A DNA stretch of 64,000 bases from an uncultured Lachnospiraceae bacterium (GTDB lineage Bacteria > Bacillota > Clostridia > Christensenellales > UBA1242). Positions 9,184-21,400 of the stretch are shown here, one piece after another. Each line of letters opens with the position of its first letter. Position 1 is the first letter of the stretch. The translations under genes were made by a program, and so were the position numbers. The notes under the pieces are model-generated. The model had not been told where the DNA came from. It ran no database searches and saw only the letters and a list, made by a program, of their open reading frames with translations. The stretch is taken from contig CAZRJB010000007.1 in assembly GCA_964600435.1 (NCBI GenBank), forward strand, positions 278-64,277. Reading direction: 5' to 3'.

Positions 9184-9211
9184 ATTTTTATGTTAACTGC
9201 ATTTTTTTGGT
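9184..9211 (-). promoter_or_regulatory. sigmaK-type promoter
   Basis: ACC-16 bp-CATAAAAAT, ending 5 nt before ATG 9178. Confidence 0.55.
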
Positions 9212-9415
9212 TAATTTTTAAAACTGCTCCTAATTATGCAAAAAATGTTTTTATAAAATTTTTAATCGTTTCTTTGCTTTCTTCAAATAAGTTTAAGAAG
9301 TTATCAATAACAAAAATAATTAAATTAAAAAAAACTGTAACAACCATATTTACTTTTTAAAAAACACGACTATACTAAAAACAGTTTTCAAAAAGACTCA
9401 ACAAAAAGGAATAAA

Positions 9416-11227
9416 ATGAGCAGGACAATAACCGACTTAAATTCTCAAGTAGAAGAATTAGAAAAAAGAATTAAAGCAATTTCCACCTCTCAAACAACCT
9501 TAACCCAAATTATTGCAATAAGAGATAGTTTGGAACAAGTAAAACTTTGCTTGAATGACTTAAACGAAACAATTGAAGAAAAAAATCAAATTGAACAAGA
9601 CAACGACATAACAGCAATAAAAGCAAGGCTCACCACCGTTGAAGGCGACATTTCTGCAATAGAAACAGAAATTGCAACAGCCGAAGACGACATAGAATCG
9701 GTTCAAAGCGATGTATCTACCATAAACACCCTAATAAGCGAACATTCAAGCATTATAAGCAACCTTCAAACAACGCAAACAAATTTGCAATCCACTCAAA
9801 CAAACTTGCAAACCACCCAAACAAACCAAGCAAGTTTAATATCCACCAACACAAATAATATATCCACCAACACCACCAACATTTCAAAAAACACCACCGA
9901 CATTTCAAGCCTAACAAGCAGAATAACAGCATGCGAAGATGACATAAACGACCTAACAGGCGGAATAGACTTTGGAGAAATGTCTGAAAAATTAGACCTT
10001 TTAGCCGATGTATCCACACAAATTTTCTCGTTTGAAAAATATGATTATAATGTTACGGTAAACGATAAATTCTACACGAGATTTTACTACTTTACTATCC
10101 CTAAAAAAACAACCGCTTTGTGCAGTTTTGATTTTAACTACACCACCCAAAACCCAAGCGGAAATCTCACAGCAGAATTCTATGTTAACTCCACCCTTAA
10201 ACATACTCAAACAATCCCAGTTGTATATTTTCCAAACGGATACAGGTTTGAGTTTCCTCTTAGCACAAACTATATTTCTAACTATGTAAGAGTGAAACTA
10301 ACCTTTACAGACACAATCACATTTAAAACCCTAACATTTTATGTTCATGGAATGAATGTTGACATTATGAAATATGATCATGAAATTTCTGCAATAACAT
10401 ATAACAATTACATTTATATAACAAAACATTGCAGTGACAGAATTTATTATGGTAAATTTTCACCAACCGACACCATAGATTTTAACAATTTGCCAAACGT
10501 TCAATTGAACTACGACAACGATCATAAGTACACTTGGATGTGTTTTTTGCCATATTGTTCATATAACAAATCCACCGACACCAATTTTACCGCAGTATAT
10601 GATGGAATTTTAAAAGAATCAGCGGACGGATATAAATATTTTAACACTGCCCCAGAACCATCTGAAACTCCGGTAACCAAACAAACAAAATCCACAACAT
10701 ATTCAAGTTCCTTGCCTTGTTGCGGAAGATACCTATATAATATTAGTTTGATTATTAAAAACGACGTTCCATACTTTGACCGCATGGATAACAATAGTTC
10801 ACAAGATTCATTCAATGTTTCCGGAATTGGCACTTGGACTTATTGTTCACTTGTTCAATCCAACTTTTTTACACTTGAAAATCAAATACAAACATTACAA
10901 AGCATGAAAGCGGTTGCTTTAAAAAACGAAGATGGCTATTTTTATTATTTTAAAAACAGAACAACCGTACTTTTCCCAACAAAAATTTGTAAAGGTATTA
11001 GAGCAACAGCCTTTATGCAATCAAATGGCTACATAAATGTTTATGTTGCTAAAAAAGACGGAAACACAGATAAATATACCATTGTTATTGATGGAAACAC
11101 AGAGCAAGCAAACTATATGTGCACAATAAAAAACTGTGACGTGGTTTATGAAACACTCAACAACAAAATTATAAAACACACGCCGTCGGGCTGGACTTAT
11201 GAAACTTTAACATATTTAGATAGTTAA
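9416..11227 (+). CDS. Fibre-like protein: N-terminal heptad coiled coil plus beta-rich C-terminal domains
   Basis: Heptads NLQTTQT/NLQSTQT/NLQTTQT and STNTNNI/STNTTNI/SKNTTDI; AAAAGGA RBS; no signal peptide. Confidence 0.7.
   Translation: MSRTITDLNSQVEELEKRIKAISTSQTTLTQIIAIRDSLEQVKLCLNDLNETIEEKNQIEQDNDITAIKARLTTVEGDISAIETEIATAEDDIESVQSDVSTINTLISEHSSIISNLQTTQTNLQSTQTNLQTTQTNQASLISTNTNNISTNTTNISKNTTDISSLTSRITACEDDINDLTGGIDFGEMSEKLDLLADVSTQIFSFEKYDYNVTVNDKFYTRFYYFTIPKKTTALCSFDFNYTTQNPSGNLTAEFYVNSTLKHTQTIPVVYFPNGYRFEFPLSTNYISNYVRVKLTFTDTITFKTLTFYVHGMNVDIMKYDHEISAITYNNYIYITKHCSDRIYYGKFSPTDTIDFNNLPNVQLNYDNDHKYTWMCFLPYCSYNKSTDTNFTAVYDGILKESADGYKYFNTAPEPSETPVTKQTKSTTYSSSLPCCGRYLYNISLIIKNDVPYFDRMDNNSSQDSFNVSGIGTWTYCSLVQSNFFTLENQIQTLQSMKAVALKNEDGYFYYFKNRTTVLFPTKICKGIRATAFMQSNGYINVYVAKKDGNTDKYTIVIDGNTEQANYMCTIKNCDVVYETLNNKIIKHTPSGWTYETLTYLDS
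9761..9904 (+). repeat. Two blocks of degenerate 21-bp (heptad) tandem repeats
   Basis: aaccttcaaacaacgcaaaca-like x3, then tccaccaacacaaataatata-like x3. Confidence 0.7.
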
Positions 11228-11233
11228 AAAAGC

Positions 11234-11272
11234 AAAAAAAATCATTAGCCATTGTTGGTTAATGATTTTTTT
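11234..11272. terminator. Bidirectional terminator
   Basis: AAAAAAAATCATTAGCCA-TTGT-TGGTTAATGATTTTTTT between convergent genes. Confidence 0.8.
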
Positions 11273-11293
11273 GTTTGCCGTTTTATTTTTTTA

Positions 11294-11902
11294 TTATTCA
11301 GAAGTTGTTGCTTTTTCTAATGCAAGAACAAAAGAAACAGTGATTGTTTTTGAATCAATGTCAACATTTTTCAATTCAACTGTCATTGTCCAAGTTTTGC
11401 TTTCACCTGCATTAATCTCTCCAGATTTGTCACTAGAAACAACGTCAGTTGTGTCAATAGCGACATCTGAAGCATTATTAAATGTCATAACATCTTCAGA
11501 AATGGTTGAAGTTACTGTATAAGAAACCTTATATGGTGATTTGTTTTCAAATTTGTATGTAAATGTAAATTTGTCACCAACTGCAGCAACTGAAAGGTCG
11601 CTTCCTAAAGTGTAACCGCCACCAGTTAAAGCGCTTACATTTTCTGTTGTTTCAGAACCAGCAGCAACCCATGTTGAACCTGCAACGTTTTCTCTTTTAA
11701 CAGAAATTGAATCTTTTACTGCAGAACCTTTATCTTCTACTTTTGCAGTGAACACACCAAAAACATCACTTGAAGCAGTAAATGAAACGGTTGATGATGT
11801 TGTAAAAGTTACATTGACAGCAGCCCAAACACCAAATGCCATTAAAGAAATTGCAAGGCATAGTGATGCTATTGTTGAAAATAGTTTAATTTTTTTCTTC
11901 AT
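11294..11902 (-). CDS. Small secreted beta-sandwich protein, TasA/camelysin-like candidate filament subunit
   Basis: Signal MKKKIKLFSTIASLCLAISLMAFGVWAA; Ser/Thr/Val-rich beta strands; VGDKFTFTYKFENKS; GGGG RBS. Confidence 0.6.
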   Translation of the reverse strand: MKKKIKLFSTIASLCLAISLMAFGVWAAVNVTFTTSSTVSFTASSDVFGVFTAKVEDKGSAVKDSISVKRENVAGSTWVAAGSETTENVSALTGGGYTLGSDLSVAAVGDKFTFTYKFENKSPYKVSYTVTSTISEDVMTFNNASDVAIDTTDVVSSDKSGEINAGESKTWTMTVELKNVDIDSKTITVSFVLALEKATTSE

Positions 11903-12177
11903 AAATAAATCCCCTTTAAAAAAATAGTTTGTGATTTAACAAGGTTACAAAAGCAACAAGAATTTGTTAACACGGCATTAACAAACACTTTTAACATCTT
12001 CTCAAATTGTTTAAATTGCTTTAACAACTGGCAAATTTGCAGAAGATTTTTTTGCACTTTTGCAAATCACATCAACAAAAACCACAACCCAGCAAAAAAC
12101 GTTGCACGGCAAACAACCATTTTTTGTTAAAATTGTTCTTTTTGTTTTGGTAAAGAATCTTTATCTTTACTAAGAAC

Positions 12178-12206
12178 ATTATAAAATATGAAACAAACTC
12201 CGTCAA
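12178..12206 (-). promoter_or_regulatory. Near-consensus sigmaA promoter about 270 nt upstream of the 202-aa gene
   Basis: TTGACG-17 bp-TATAAT. Confidence 0.75.
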
Positions 12207-12380
12207 ACAAAAAACAACATTTTACGTCAATATTTTTATTTTTTCAATAATTTTTATCAATTTTAAAGCACTGATTATGCAACATAATTTTAAACACCCA
12301 CAATTGTGTCACACATTCAAAAAAGCCAGCCAACTTTTTAAAGGCGAAACTTTTTAAATTGTGTTTTTGTTGGTTTGCAC

Positions 12381-12421
12381 AAAAAAAGATTGTTCTTTTG
12401 CTTTGAACAATCTTTTTTTTT
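12381..12421 (-). terminator. Terminator of the giant-protein gene
   Basis: AAAGATTGTTC-9 nt-GAACAATCTTT with A/T tracts on both sides. Confidence 0.8.
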
Positions 12422-12472
12422 AGCTATGCAAGAACAAAGCGAATAAAAAGACCTTTTTCTTGTTTTAAACCG

Positions 12473-15400
12473 CTATTTTTTAGGTTTTTTTGGAATGTTT
12501 TTATCTTGTGTGATTATTTGTTCAGAGTTAAACTCATTCAATTCTTGTTCATTTAACTCGCTTGTTCGAGTTAAAGTTTCGGTTGAAATCTTTTTAGAAA
12601 GTTTTTGAATTTTGTTTTTCTTTCTAACAACAATCACAACAATCACAACAACCATTGCTGCAACAAACAAAGCGCAGCACGAAATCAACACAATGATTGG
12701 CATTTTAGACACTTTATAAATCAGTTCAGCATTTTCTGTGATGTAACCAAAAACACCATATAGTCTTGTTTCCCAAGCCAACTCTGTATATGTTTGGTCA
12801 GGGTCCAAAATCACACCGTTTATTGTGTGTTCGTTCAAAATAAATGTTCCATTAAAAGGATGTTGTTGTGTTCCAATTGGAATCCAGAATGCTCGTTCCA
12901 AATTTAAGTCTGCAGTCAACATGAAATATAAATGAGTGTTTGTTTGGTCAATTTCGCCACTGTTTAACATTTTTGCCATATAAGCCAATTGTTTCTCGTT
13001 GGCAATTAAGAATGGGTTGTTTTCTGTTCCTTCGCCATTCATTGTATCAACAGTGTCAATCCAGAAGAATTTTTCAAACTCAAAACTTATTGTGTTAACC
13101 GAGCCGTCATCCAAATTGAATTGATTGTTTGCATTAAGATAAACAACAAAATTTAACAAATCGGAATCTTGTTTTGTTTTTATAACAATACCATTAAACA
13201 AAACTTGTTTTAATGCATATCTTGCACTTTCGGTTGTTTCAAAATTTAACATAAAGTTATAGTTTGCTTCAAATGTTTCCAAATTTTGTCCGTTAACAGA
13301 AATTGTTCCTGCACCAGTCAAATTGCTCTCAATTTTAATGTTATAAGTTTTTGTTGCAGTTAAAGGTTTAACAACCAACAAACCGGTTTCTACATCGTCA
13401 ATTGTTATAATGTGATAATAATATGATCCATCAGCACTTAAAGAGAAGTAACCACCAAGCCCGTTAATTGTTATGTCTGTAATTTTATAACCCTCAACAA
13501 TAGAATCAACATAAACAAATAAAGTTTCGCCAAGTCCAAAATTAGTTTTGTTTGTTTTGATTGTTGCAATTTCTGTGTTTTCAACTTCAACGGCAACATT
13601 TTTAATTTTAAACACAGCCACATATGTGTGTGGTGCTCCGTTTGTTTCTTCCAACACAATTGTTTCTGTTTGTTTTAACGTTGAATCTTTAATGCCGTCA
13701 ACAGTCCAATAATCAAACACCAAACCTTTTGCAGGAATTGCGCTAATAACAAATGATTCTCCAACAATAACATTAGCCACAGATTTACCATTTACTGTTG
13801 CTGTGCTACCCATATTTTCGATTGGTTCCTTAATGCCAACAGAAATTTCAAAAGAATAATAAAGCACAACAGTTGTGTTACCCTTTCCCATTGTAAAAGA
13901 CAAATTTTCTGTTTTTATGTTGCTTTCATTTTTCTCGCTCCAGCCATAATATTTATAGCCAGCAATTGAAGGAGCATTGATTGTAACAAGAGAGCCAACC
14001 GCATAAAGAACTTGATTGTTATAAACAAACTTTTTGGTTGAACTTCCAAAAATACTTGTAATTTCGCCGCCATAAACCCCCGGTTTAAACTCAACAGAAA
14101 CACTATATTTTTCATAGTTCCAAATTGCATAAAGTGTAACCTCTATGCAGTCTGAGTTTGTATGATTTGTAACATCATAAACAAAGCCGTTTGTTTCCTT
14201 ACCTGCCACAATAGTTTTAACAATTATATTTCCATTTTCGTCTTTTTCAAAGCTGTATTTATAAGACCCTACCCCTAAATACGAGTTGTTCCAATACAAA
14301 AATTCGTATGGGTCATTAATTTGTTTTTGTGGGTCTGCAATTGAATCTGAGACAACAACGTTATTGTTGTCAGAATCAAAGAAGTTTGTTTCTCCGTAAT
14401 AAATGTAATAAACATAATTTTTTATGTCAGGGAATGGTTTTCCGTCTTTATAATTAAAGTTAAAAGAAACTTTAAATTTAGAAATACCAACATTTGCAAC
14501 GCACTCAATATTGCTTGTTACACTCTCAATTGTTGCAATATTGTTTTCATAATTAACATTGGTAATTCCTGTTACCATGTAACCTTTATTGCAAATTAAC
14601 TCAAAAATCAATTTTGCACCATATTCAACAACAATTTCATTTTTATTTGCTTTTAACAAATATTGTGAACCGTTTTTAATGCTAACTGAAACTTGGTTGC
14701 TATATGCATTGTTTTCGGTGGTTATGCTTACGGTGAATGTTTTAACCTTTAGCGAAACCTCGTAGTAACCAATATTTTTGCCTGTTTGGTCTTGAATGTT
14801 TGTTTTAACTTGATTTAAAACAATTGTTCCGTCAGAAGCAATGTCGTTTTTTGTTGAGTCAATTTCAAACCAGTCTGGCAAGTTAAATTTTAGATTAATG
14901 TCTGAGTATGCAGTTACAGTTGTTTCTAAAACAACAACCTGACGTCCGTTTAAAGTTTGTTGGCTGCAAACAACAAATGAATCATTCAATTTAACAAATT
15001 CACTTAAATTTGTAATTTTAAGGTCATTTCTAGATGTGTTAGTGAAAACATTTAACTGAATTGTTATTTCTTTGCAGTTAAACTTTGCAACATATGTGTG
15101 GTCACTTGCGTTTTCGTCATTAATTGTTACGTTAATATCATTTTCGCTTATGATTTTGGTATTTTCTTCAAACCAACCATCAAATTCTGCATCATTCCAT
15201 GCCGTGGCTGTTGCACCTTTGGCTTGTCTTCCAAATCTAACTGTTTCAGAAAAACTCTCCATTTGCACGCCAGAAGAATTTTTTATGCTTCCACCAATGC
15301 TTGTGTTATAAGTGATTGTGTATGTTTCTCTTTCAATAACAAGCCTTATTGTTGTGGCTTTTTCAATTTCAAAAGAATATGTTAATTCTTTAGATTTGTC

Positions 15401-18400
15401 AATATAGTTTTCTTCTTCTTTTATTTGCCAAGTTTTAACTTTCCAGCCAGTGGCAAAAGTTGGAACAAATTCAATTTTTTCTTTATATTCTTTAGTTATT
15501 TCGTTTTCAAAATTAGAAACGTAATTAGTATAATTTGTTATTTCTATAATTGTTTCGTTTGTTTCGTCAAACTCTGCCAATTCAAAAGTTGCTGTATATG
15601 TTTCTTTTTCAGTGGCAATTGATATTGTTCCGTCTGATGTAAAGCCGGTGAACGTGTAAGTTGAACCTTCACATAAAATTGAACCAGTGTTTGTTGAGCC
15701 TGTTGGTGTAAATGTAACATTTTTCAATTTATATCCATATTTAACTGTTAAATTAAATGTTATGGTTTCTCCAACTTTTGTTGTTTTTGTAAAGTTTGCA
15801 GAAATGTTTTTGCTGTCACACAAAACAGAAATTGCATTTGTGTCAAAATCAAAAGTTATTGAAACATCTTTAGGTTCAAAAACAACTTCTATTGTTATAT
15901 TGCTAACAAAACCGCTAACAGTATAAGTTTCGTCATTATTTTTTTCAACCTTTACCAAGTCTATGTTTTCACCTGAAATAACTTTTATTTCTTTTATAGA
16001 ATAGCCTTCGTTTGCTGTTGGTTTTAACTCAAGTGTTTCGCCCGTGAATTTATAAATTGTAATTGAAGATTTGTTTTTATCTGTGCTAACAACCCCAGAC
16101 TCCACATAACCATAAACTGTGTTGTTAACTTGTATTGTTATTGCATTATTTTTTGCTTTATATTTAATTTCCCAAGTAACATTTTCTATAAAGTCAGATT
16201 GATTTTTGTATGTGTTAGAAGTTTCTTCTTGATCGCCAATAACAAATTTTTCAAACTCATAGCCCAAATTTCCTGTTGGAACAATTTGCACTCTGTTTGA
16301 CGTTGAAACTGTAAATTCACACAAATTGTTCTGAACTTGTTTTGTTTCCTCTTTTAAGTATGTACCATTGGCAGTGTAATATTTTGCTGTTACTTTTTCA
16401 ACATTTTCTGTTTGAATTGTTAACGTAAATTCTTTTTCGTTCCATTTTGCCGTAAATTCCACATTATCATCATAATTAAACACAAAATCGGTTAATTCAA
16501 TATCATTTTCGTTGTATGTGTATCCACCAAATTCATATCCAGCACGTGTTGGTGTTGGCAACAAAACGTTAGAATCAAATTTTACGTCTTTTGTTATTAT
16601 GCCATGGTCGCCGTCTACATAACTCCAACCATCTTCAAGGCAAAACGTTCCACCATTTGCTTTTAATGTTAATGTGTAAGTGTTTGCAGTCCATTTTGCT
16701 GTGTAAGTTGTTTCATCACCCGGAATTGTTATGTTTAACAAGTTATCAATTGTGTAAGTTGTTTCGCCAATAGAATAACCATTAAATGTGTAGCCCGTTT
16801 TTTCTAGAGTTAAATAACTGCTCAGTTCTGCGGCAATGTCACCTAATTTTTTACCATAAAAATCAGTAATTGTTAATGTTTTATTGCTGTTTGAATATGC
16901 AAAAGCGTGACTATTAACATTAATGTTTTTAAATTCAACATCAGACTCAAATTTTACAGAATATTTATTTAAGCTATACACTAAATAAATTGTTATGTCT
17001 TTTTTAACAACATGTTTGTTGCTATCAATGTTTGTGTAATTTGTTGCATCTTGTTCTGTTAAACAATAGCCGGAATATGTGTAATGATCAATTGCTTCTG
17101 CTATGTTTTCAATAGAAAGTTCTGTGCCATAGTCATGTGTTTGTGATTGATATGTTGCGCTTTCGTCTTTTTGATGTTTTCCAGAACTCAAGTCATATGT
17201 GTATGTTTTAAACGTTACTGTAAATTTATTAATTTCCCAAATTGCGTAAATTGTTATTTCTGTAGAATAATCTGTAAATATTTCGTTTAATGGTTTGTTA
17301 ACAAAGTCAAGTTTGTTTGTAGCTGTAGATTCAGCACTTTTGCCCCATCCCTTAAACGTGTAGCCGTTTTCTTTATGGCTTGGTGTTGGGGCTTCAATTT
17401 TTTCGTAGTAGCAATAAGTGCCCTCTAGTGTTCCTATTAATATATCACCTTTAACACCGTTTAGGTTGTAGTTATATTTTATTTTGATTTCTTTTTTGAT
17501 TATTTTACCGCTTGCAACAATTGAATAGTTGCCAACATCTGCACCAGTTGTAGAAACGGAAATTTCAATGCTATCGCCATAAGTTGCAGTTGCGTATTCA
17601 GCTTTTGTTATGGTTACAACGTCACCATCAACAATGCCATCCAAAACAAGACTTTCACCTTCTGCCAAAACAACGTTTGTTGTTCCGTCTTGCTCTTTGC
17701 TGATTTCTTTTTTGTTATTTAAAGAATCAACAATCACAAGTTTAACTTCTTTTGTTGTTACTGTTACTGTTTCTGAATTACTTGTTAAAATAATACTTTC
17801 ATTGGCTGTGTATGTTACAGTGTACTCGTCGCCAACTTTTAGTTTGTTAGATGTTGAAACATTTGCATTTTCACATTCAATTTTTGCACTAATCAATTCT
17901 TTTAGTTTTTCAGAAGTGATTTTTGAAGAATTGTCATATGAAATTTCACAATTATCAAACATGTCAACAAACTTTTCATCGTCTAAAGTTGTAACAACCA
18001 AGTCACCATACACAAATTCAGCGGCAGCGGCTTTTAAGCCTATTGTTACTTCTAGTTTGCTTATTGTTCCTTTTTTACCAGCATTATCTTTTAAAGCAAC
18101 GTTAAAGTTGGTTGTGTCTGAACATTCAACAATAATATCCTGTTCGCCTGCATTTGCGCTTTCATATTTTAAAGAAACGTTTGGCAAATTTTCAACAAAC
18201 TCATCCCCGTTTGTGACTGCCTGATAATTAATTTCATTAACAAAATCGGTTGTGCCGTCAAACACTTTATCATAGTTTGCAGTTATTTCAATTGTTCGTT
18301 TGGTTATTTTTAGTTTTAAAGCAGTTTCTACAGCAATTGTTCCATATTCACTTTCTAAATTATGCGAACTGTAACCATATTCACCAACATTGCCTTTTTC

Positions 18401-21400
18401 AAAGAAAATGTTTCCTGTTAAGTTAATTAAGTTAATTTCTTCATTTGTTAAAGTTTTGGTTTCTACCGTGCAAGTGTAAACAAAATTGCTTAAATCAAAC
18501 TTATCAATATCTTTCATGCCATATTGACGGTCATTTGAAACACCTTCCGCAAACGAGTTAAGTGTTATTGTTAAAGTTTTGGTTGAATCTGGAATTATTT
18601 TCAGTTTTCCCTCTAACAATTCGCCTGAAACTTCAACTTTAATGTTTGGATTGTTGCAGCTTAAAAGTTTAATATTATGCAAGCCTAATTCTTTTTCTTT
18701 GTCTGTGCCATTGTCTACATTTTCAAATGTAACTTGAATAATAATTGTTCCGTTTTCGCCAAAATCAACATTGTAATCTTGAGTTAGAGCGGTTGTGTCA
18801 AATTCTGTTCTCTCAAAAGATTGAACTTCTGTTATTGTGTAAATATGCTTGGTTATTTCAAATTGTCGCGTGCTGCCATCAGTTAAACTATAATTTGCAT
18901 TTAAGCAAGAAATTGTTGCCTTATAAGTTCCAACATCTTTTGGAGCAGTTGTGCCGTTAAGCACTGTTGGTTCAACTCCTGCATATATAATTGTTATGCT
19001 TTTTTCAATTTCCGCTTTGTCGTCGTCTGATAATTCGTCATCATTTATAACTTTCCAAACAACTTCTTGTTGCGCATTGTTAAAGCCTTTTGGTGTTGAA
19101 TCTTCACCAAAATCAATTTTAAACTTTCTTGCATTAATTGTAACTTTGCCCTCAAAAGTAAATTCATAACAATCAGAAACATCAGCTTCTCCGCACTTAA
19201 TGGTTAAATTTGCTGTTGTACATTCAGCAATATCTTGGTTTTGTGCTGCTCTTTCCAAAGCAAACACAACAGTTCCTTCTTCCAACTCATCACCACTTAC
19301 CAATCCGATTATTTCACCAGATGTTAAAGTGTGAGAATATATGTTTGTTAGCGAATATGTAAATTCCAAATCTTCGCCAACATCAATTATAACACCTTTT
19401 TTTGTGATATTTCCTCTAGGTGGTGTATTGAGTTCAAGTTTATAGTTTCCAGCATGGTCACCTTCAGGGGTAAATGTTATGCCCCAAGGCATAGCCATAT
19501 AAGATTCATAAGTGCCTTTTGCATAAACATTGTCACCAGTAACAAATTCGGTGCTTGAAAGATTAGAATTTCCATCTTCATCATAAACAACATTTGTTCC
19601 ATCATAGGTTTTGTCAGATTTAAAAGATATTTCCTTAACTTTTTTAGGCTGAACATTGACTGTTATTTCTTGATAAATCTTGGTTTCACCAACCTTATCA
19701 ACCACAACTTTAATTGTGTAATCAATTGTGTTGCCATCTGAATCAACCACAAATGTGATTGTATCAGACTCGTTAACTTTTTCTGTTGTACATTCTTCAG
19801 TACCTTTAAATACCTTTATTTCATCAAACAAGTCTACATTTTTACCTTTGTATGTTGGGTTTTCAAAGGTTAACTCAAATTCTGTTGCCGATGTTAATGT
19901 TAAGTCACCAGCAATTGAACTTGCATTATAGTTATCACTTAAATTGCCAATTGAACAAGAAAGTGTTGAAGGATATTCATATTTTTCACCCAATACAATA
20001 CCATTGTCAGTGGTGATTTTTATTTGGCTAAAATTTGATTGGTCATCACCAAGCAAACCAGAAACTTGATTGGCTGTTAAAACATAACCAGAGTTTTCTA
20101 AATATTGCGAATATGTAACTATTGAATTTGCAAAATTTATATTAAGGTCTGCTTTTTCAACTTGAATTTGCATGCTTGTTGTATCGGTTTCAAATTTAAA
20201 TTCAAAGTTTCCACTTTTTGCTGTTTTTATTGTTAAAGAGTAAGTTTTAGCATCTTTAATTTCGTTGGTTTCTGTTTCGTCAATTTTTACAGTAAAAATG
20301 CTGTAAAAATTATTCTTTAGTTGAGTTTTTATTTCCTCTCCAAGGGCTGAATTAGCAAAAGAAATTATTTCGTCAACAATTTTGTCTTTTAAGTCTGTTG
20401 CCAAATATGTTATTGTTGCATTGTTTTTGGTCAATGTGACTGTTAATTCTGTAACAGAAACAGAGAAAGTTGAACTTATTGTTATTGTGTAGTTTTTAGA
20501 TTCTGTACCATTTGACATTACTTTTAAAGCGTTTGCTGTTATGCAATTAGAACCATAAGGACCAACTCCGTTTACCGCAATTGTAACATTGCCAGCCAAC
20601 TCGTCAGAACCAACCAATCCTGTTGCGGTTAAAGCACTAGCTTCAATTGTATGAGTTTTTTCGCCTGCATAGGTATATGATTTGCTTGAATTAAGAGCAA
20701 CAGTTATTTCTTTTTTTGTTATTGAACCAGTTTGTGAAGCAAGTGAATAGTTATTATTAAGGCTGAGTAAATCGTGAGTTTCTAAAGAACCATCGGCGAC
20801 AAAAGCAAAGGTTATGTTTAAGTTTTCGCCAACATTAGATTGTGAAAATGTTGCTGTTATTGATGAAAATTTGTTTTTGTCAGCTTCAACAATATCATCT
20901 GTTGTTAAACCTGTCACCTCCGACTTTGCATCGTAGGTTTTTGTTAAACCAAAAGTTGTTCCATCGGAAAATTTAAAACTTGAAATTTGCTTTTTGTTTA
21001 TAACCACTGTAACAACATTGCTATAAATTGTAGGGTCTTGTTCCGTGGCTTTTGGTTTATAAAGAACAATTGCATAATATGTGCCTGCATCTTTTATTAA
21101 AGCAGTGCTGCCAGATAAACCACTAGCATTAATATCGTCGTCTTTAAGCTTACCCAAATCATCCTTTGCTGCATCAAAATCATTGTAATAATAAACTGTG
21201 TAGTCCAATTCTAGGTTTGTGTTGTTTGTAACATCAAAAACATTTTCAAATTGTTTCTCGGTTCCGTCATATGTTAAATTGTTTTTTGATTTAATAAACA
21301 ACTCGCCGTCTGACACTTGTTCTGTTATGTTTAAAGTTATATCAAAATAAACCGAATAGTTGGATCCAACCGTGGTGCTTTCATTTTGAATTTCATAAAT

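Noticed and set aside
12101-12170. c-di-GMP-I riboswitch suggested by GCACGGCAAAC
   Set aside because: It is on the strand opposite the downstream gene and lacks the GAAA tetraloop stem and GACGCAAAG elements.
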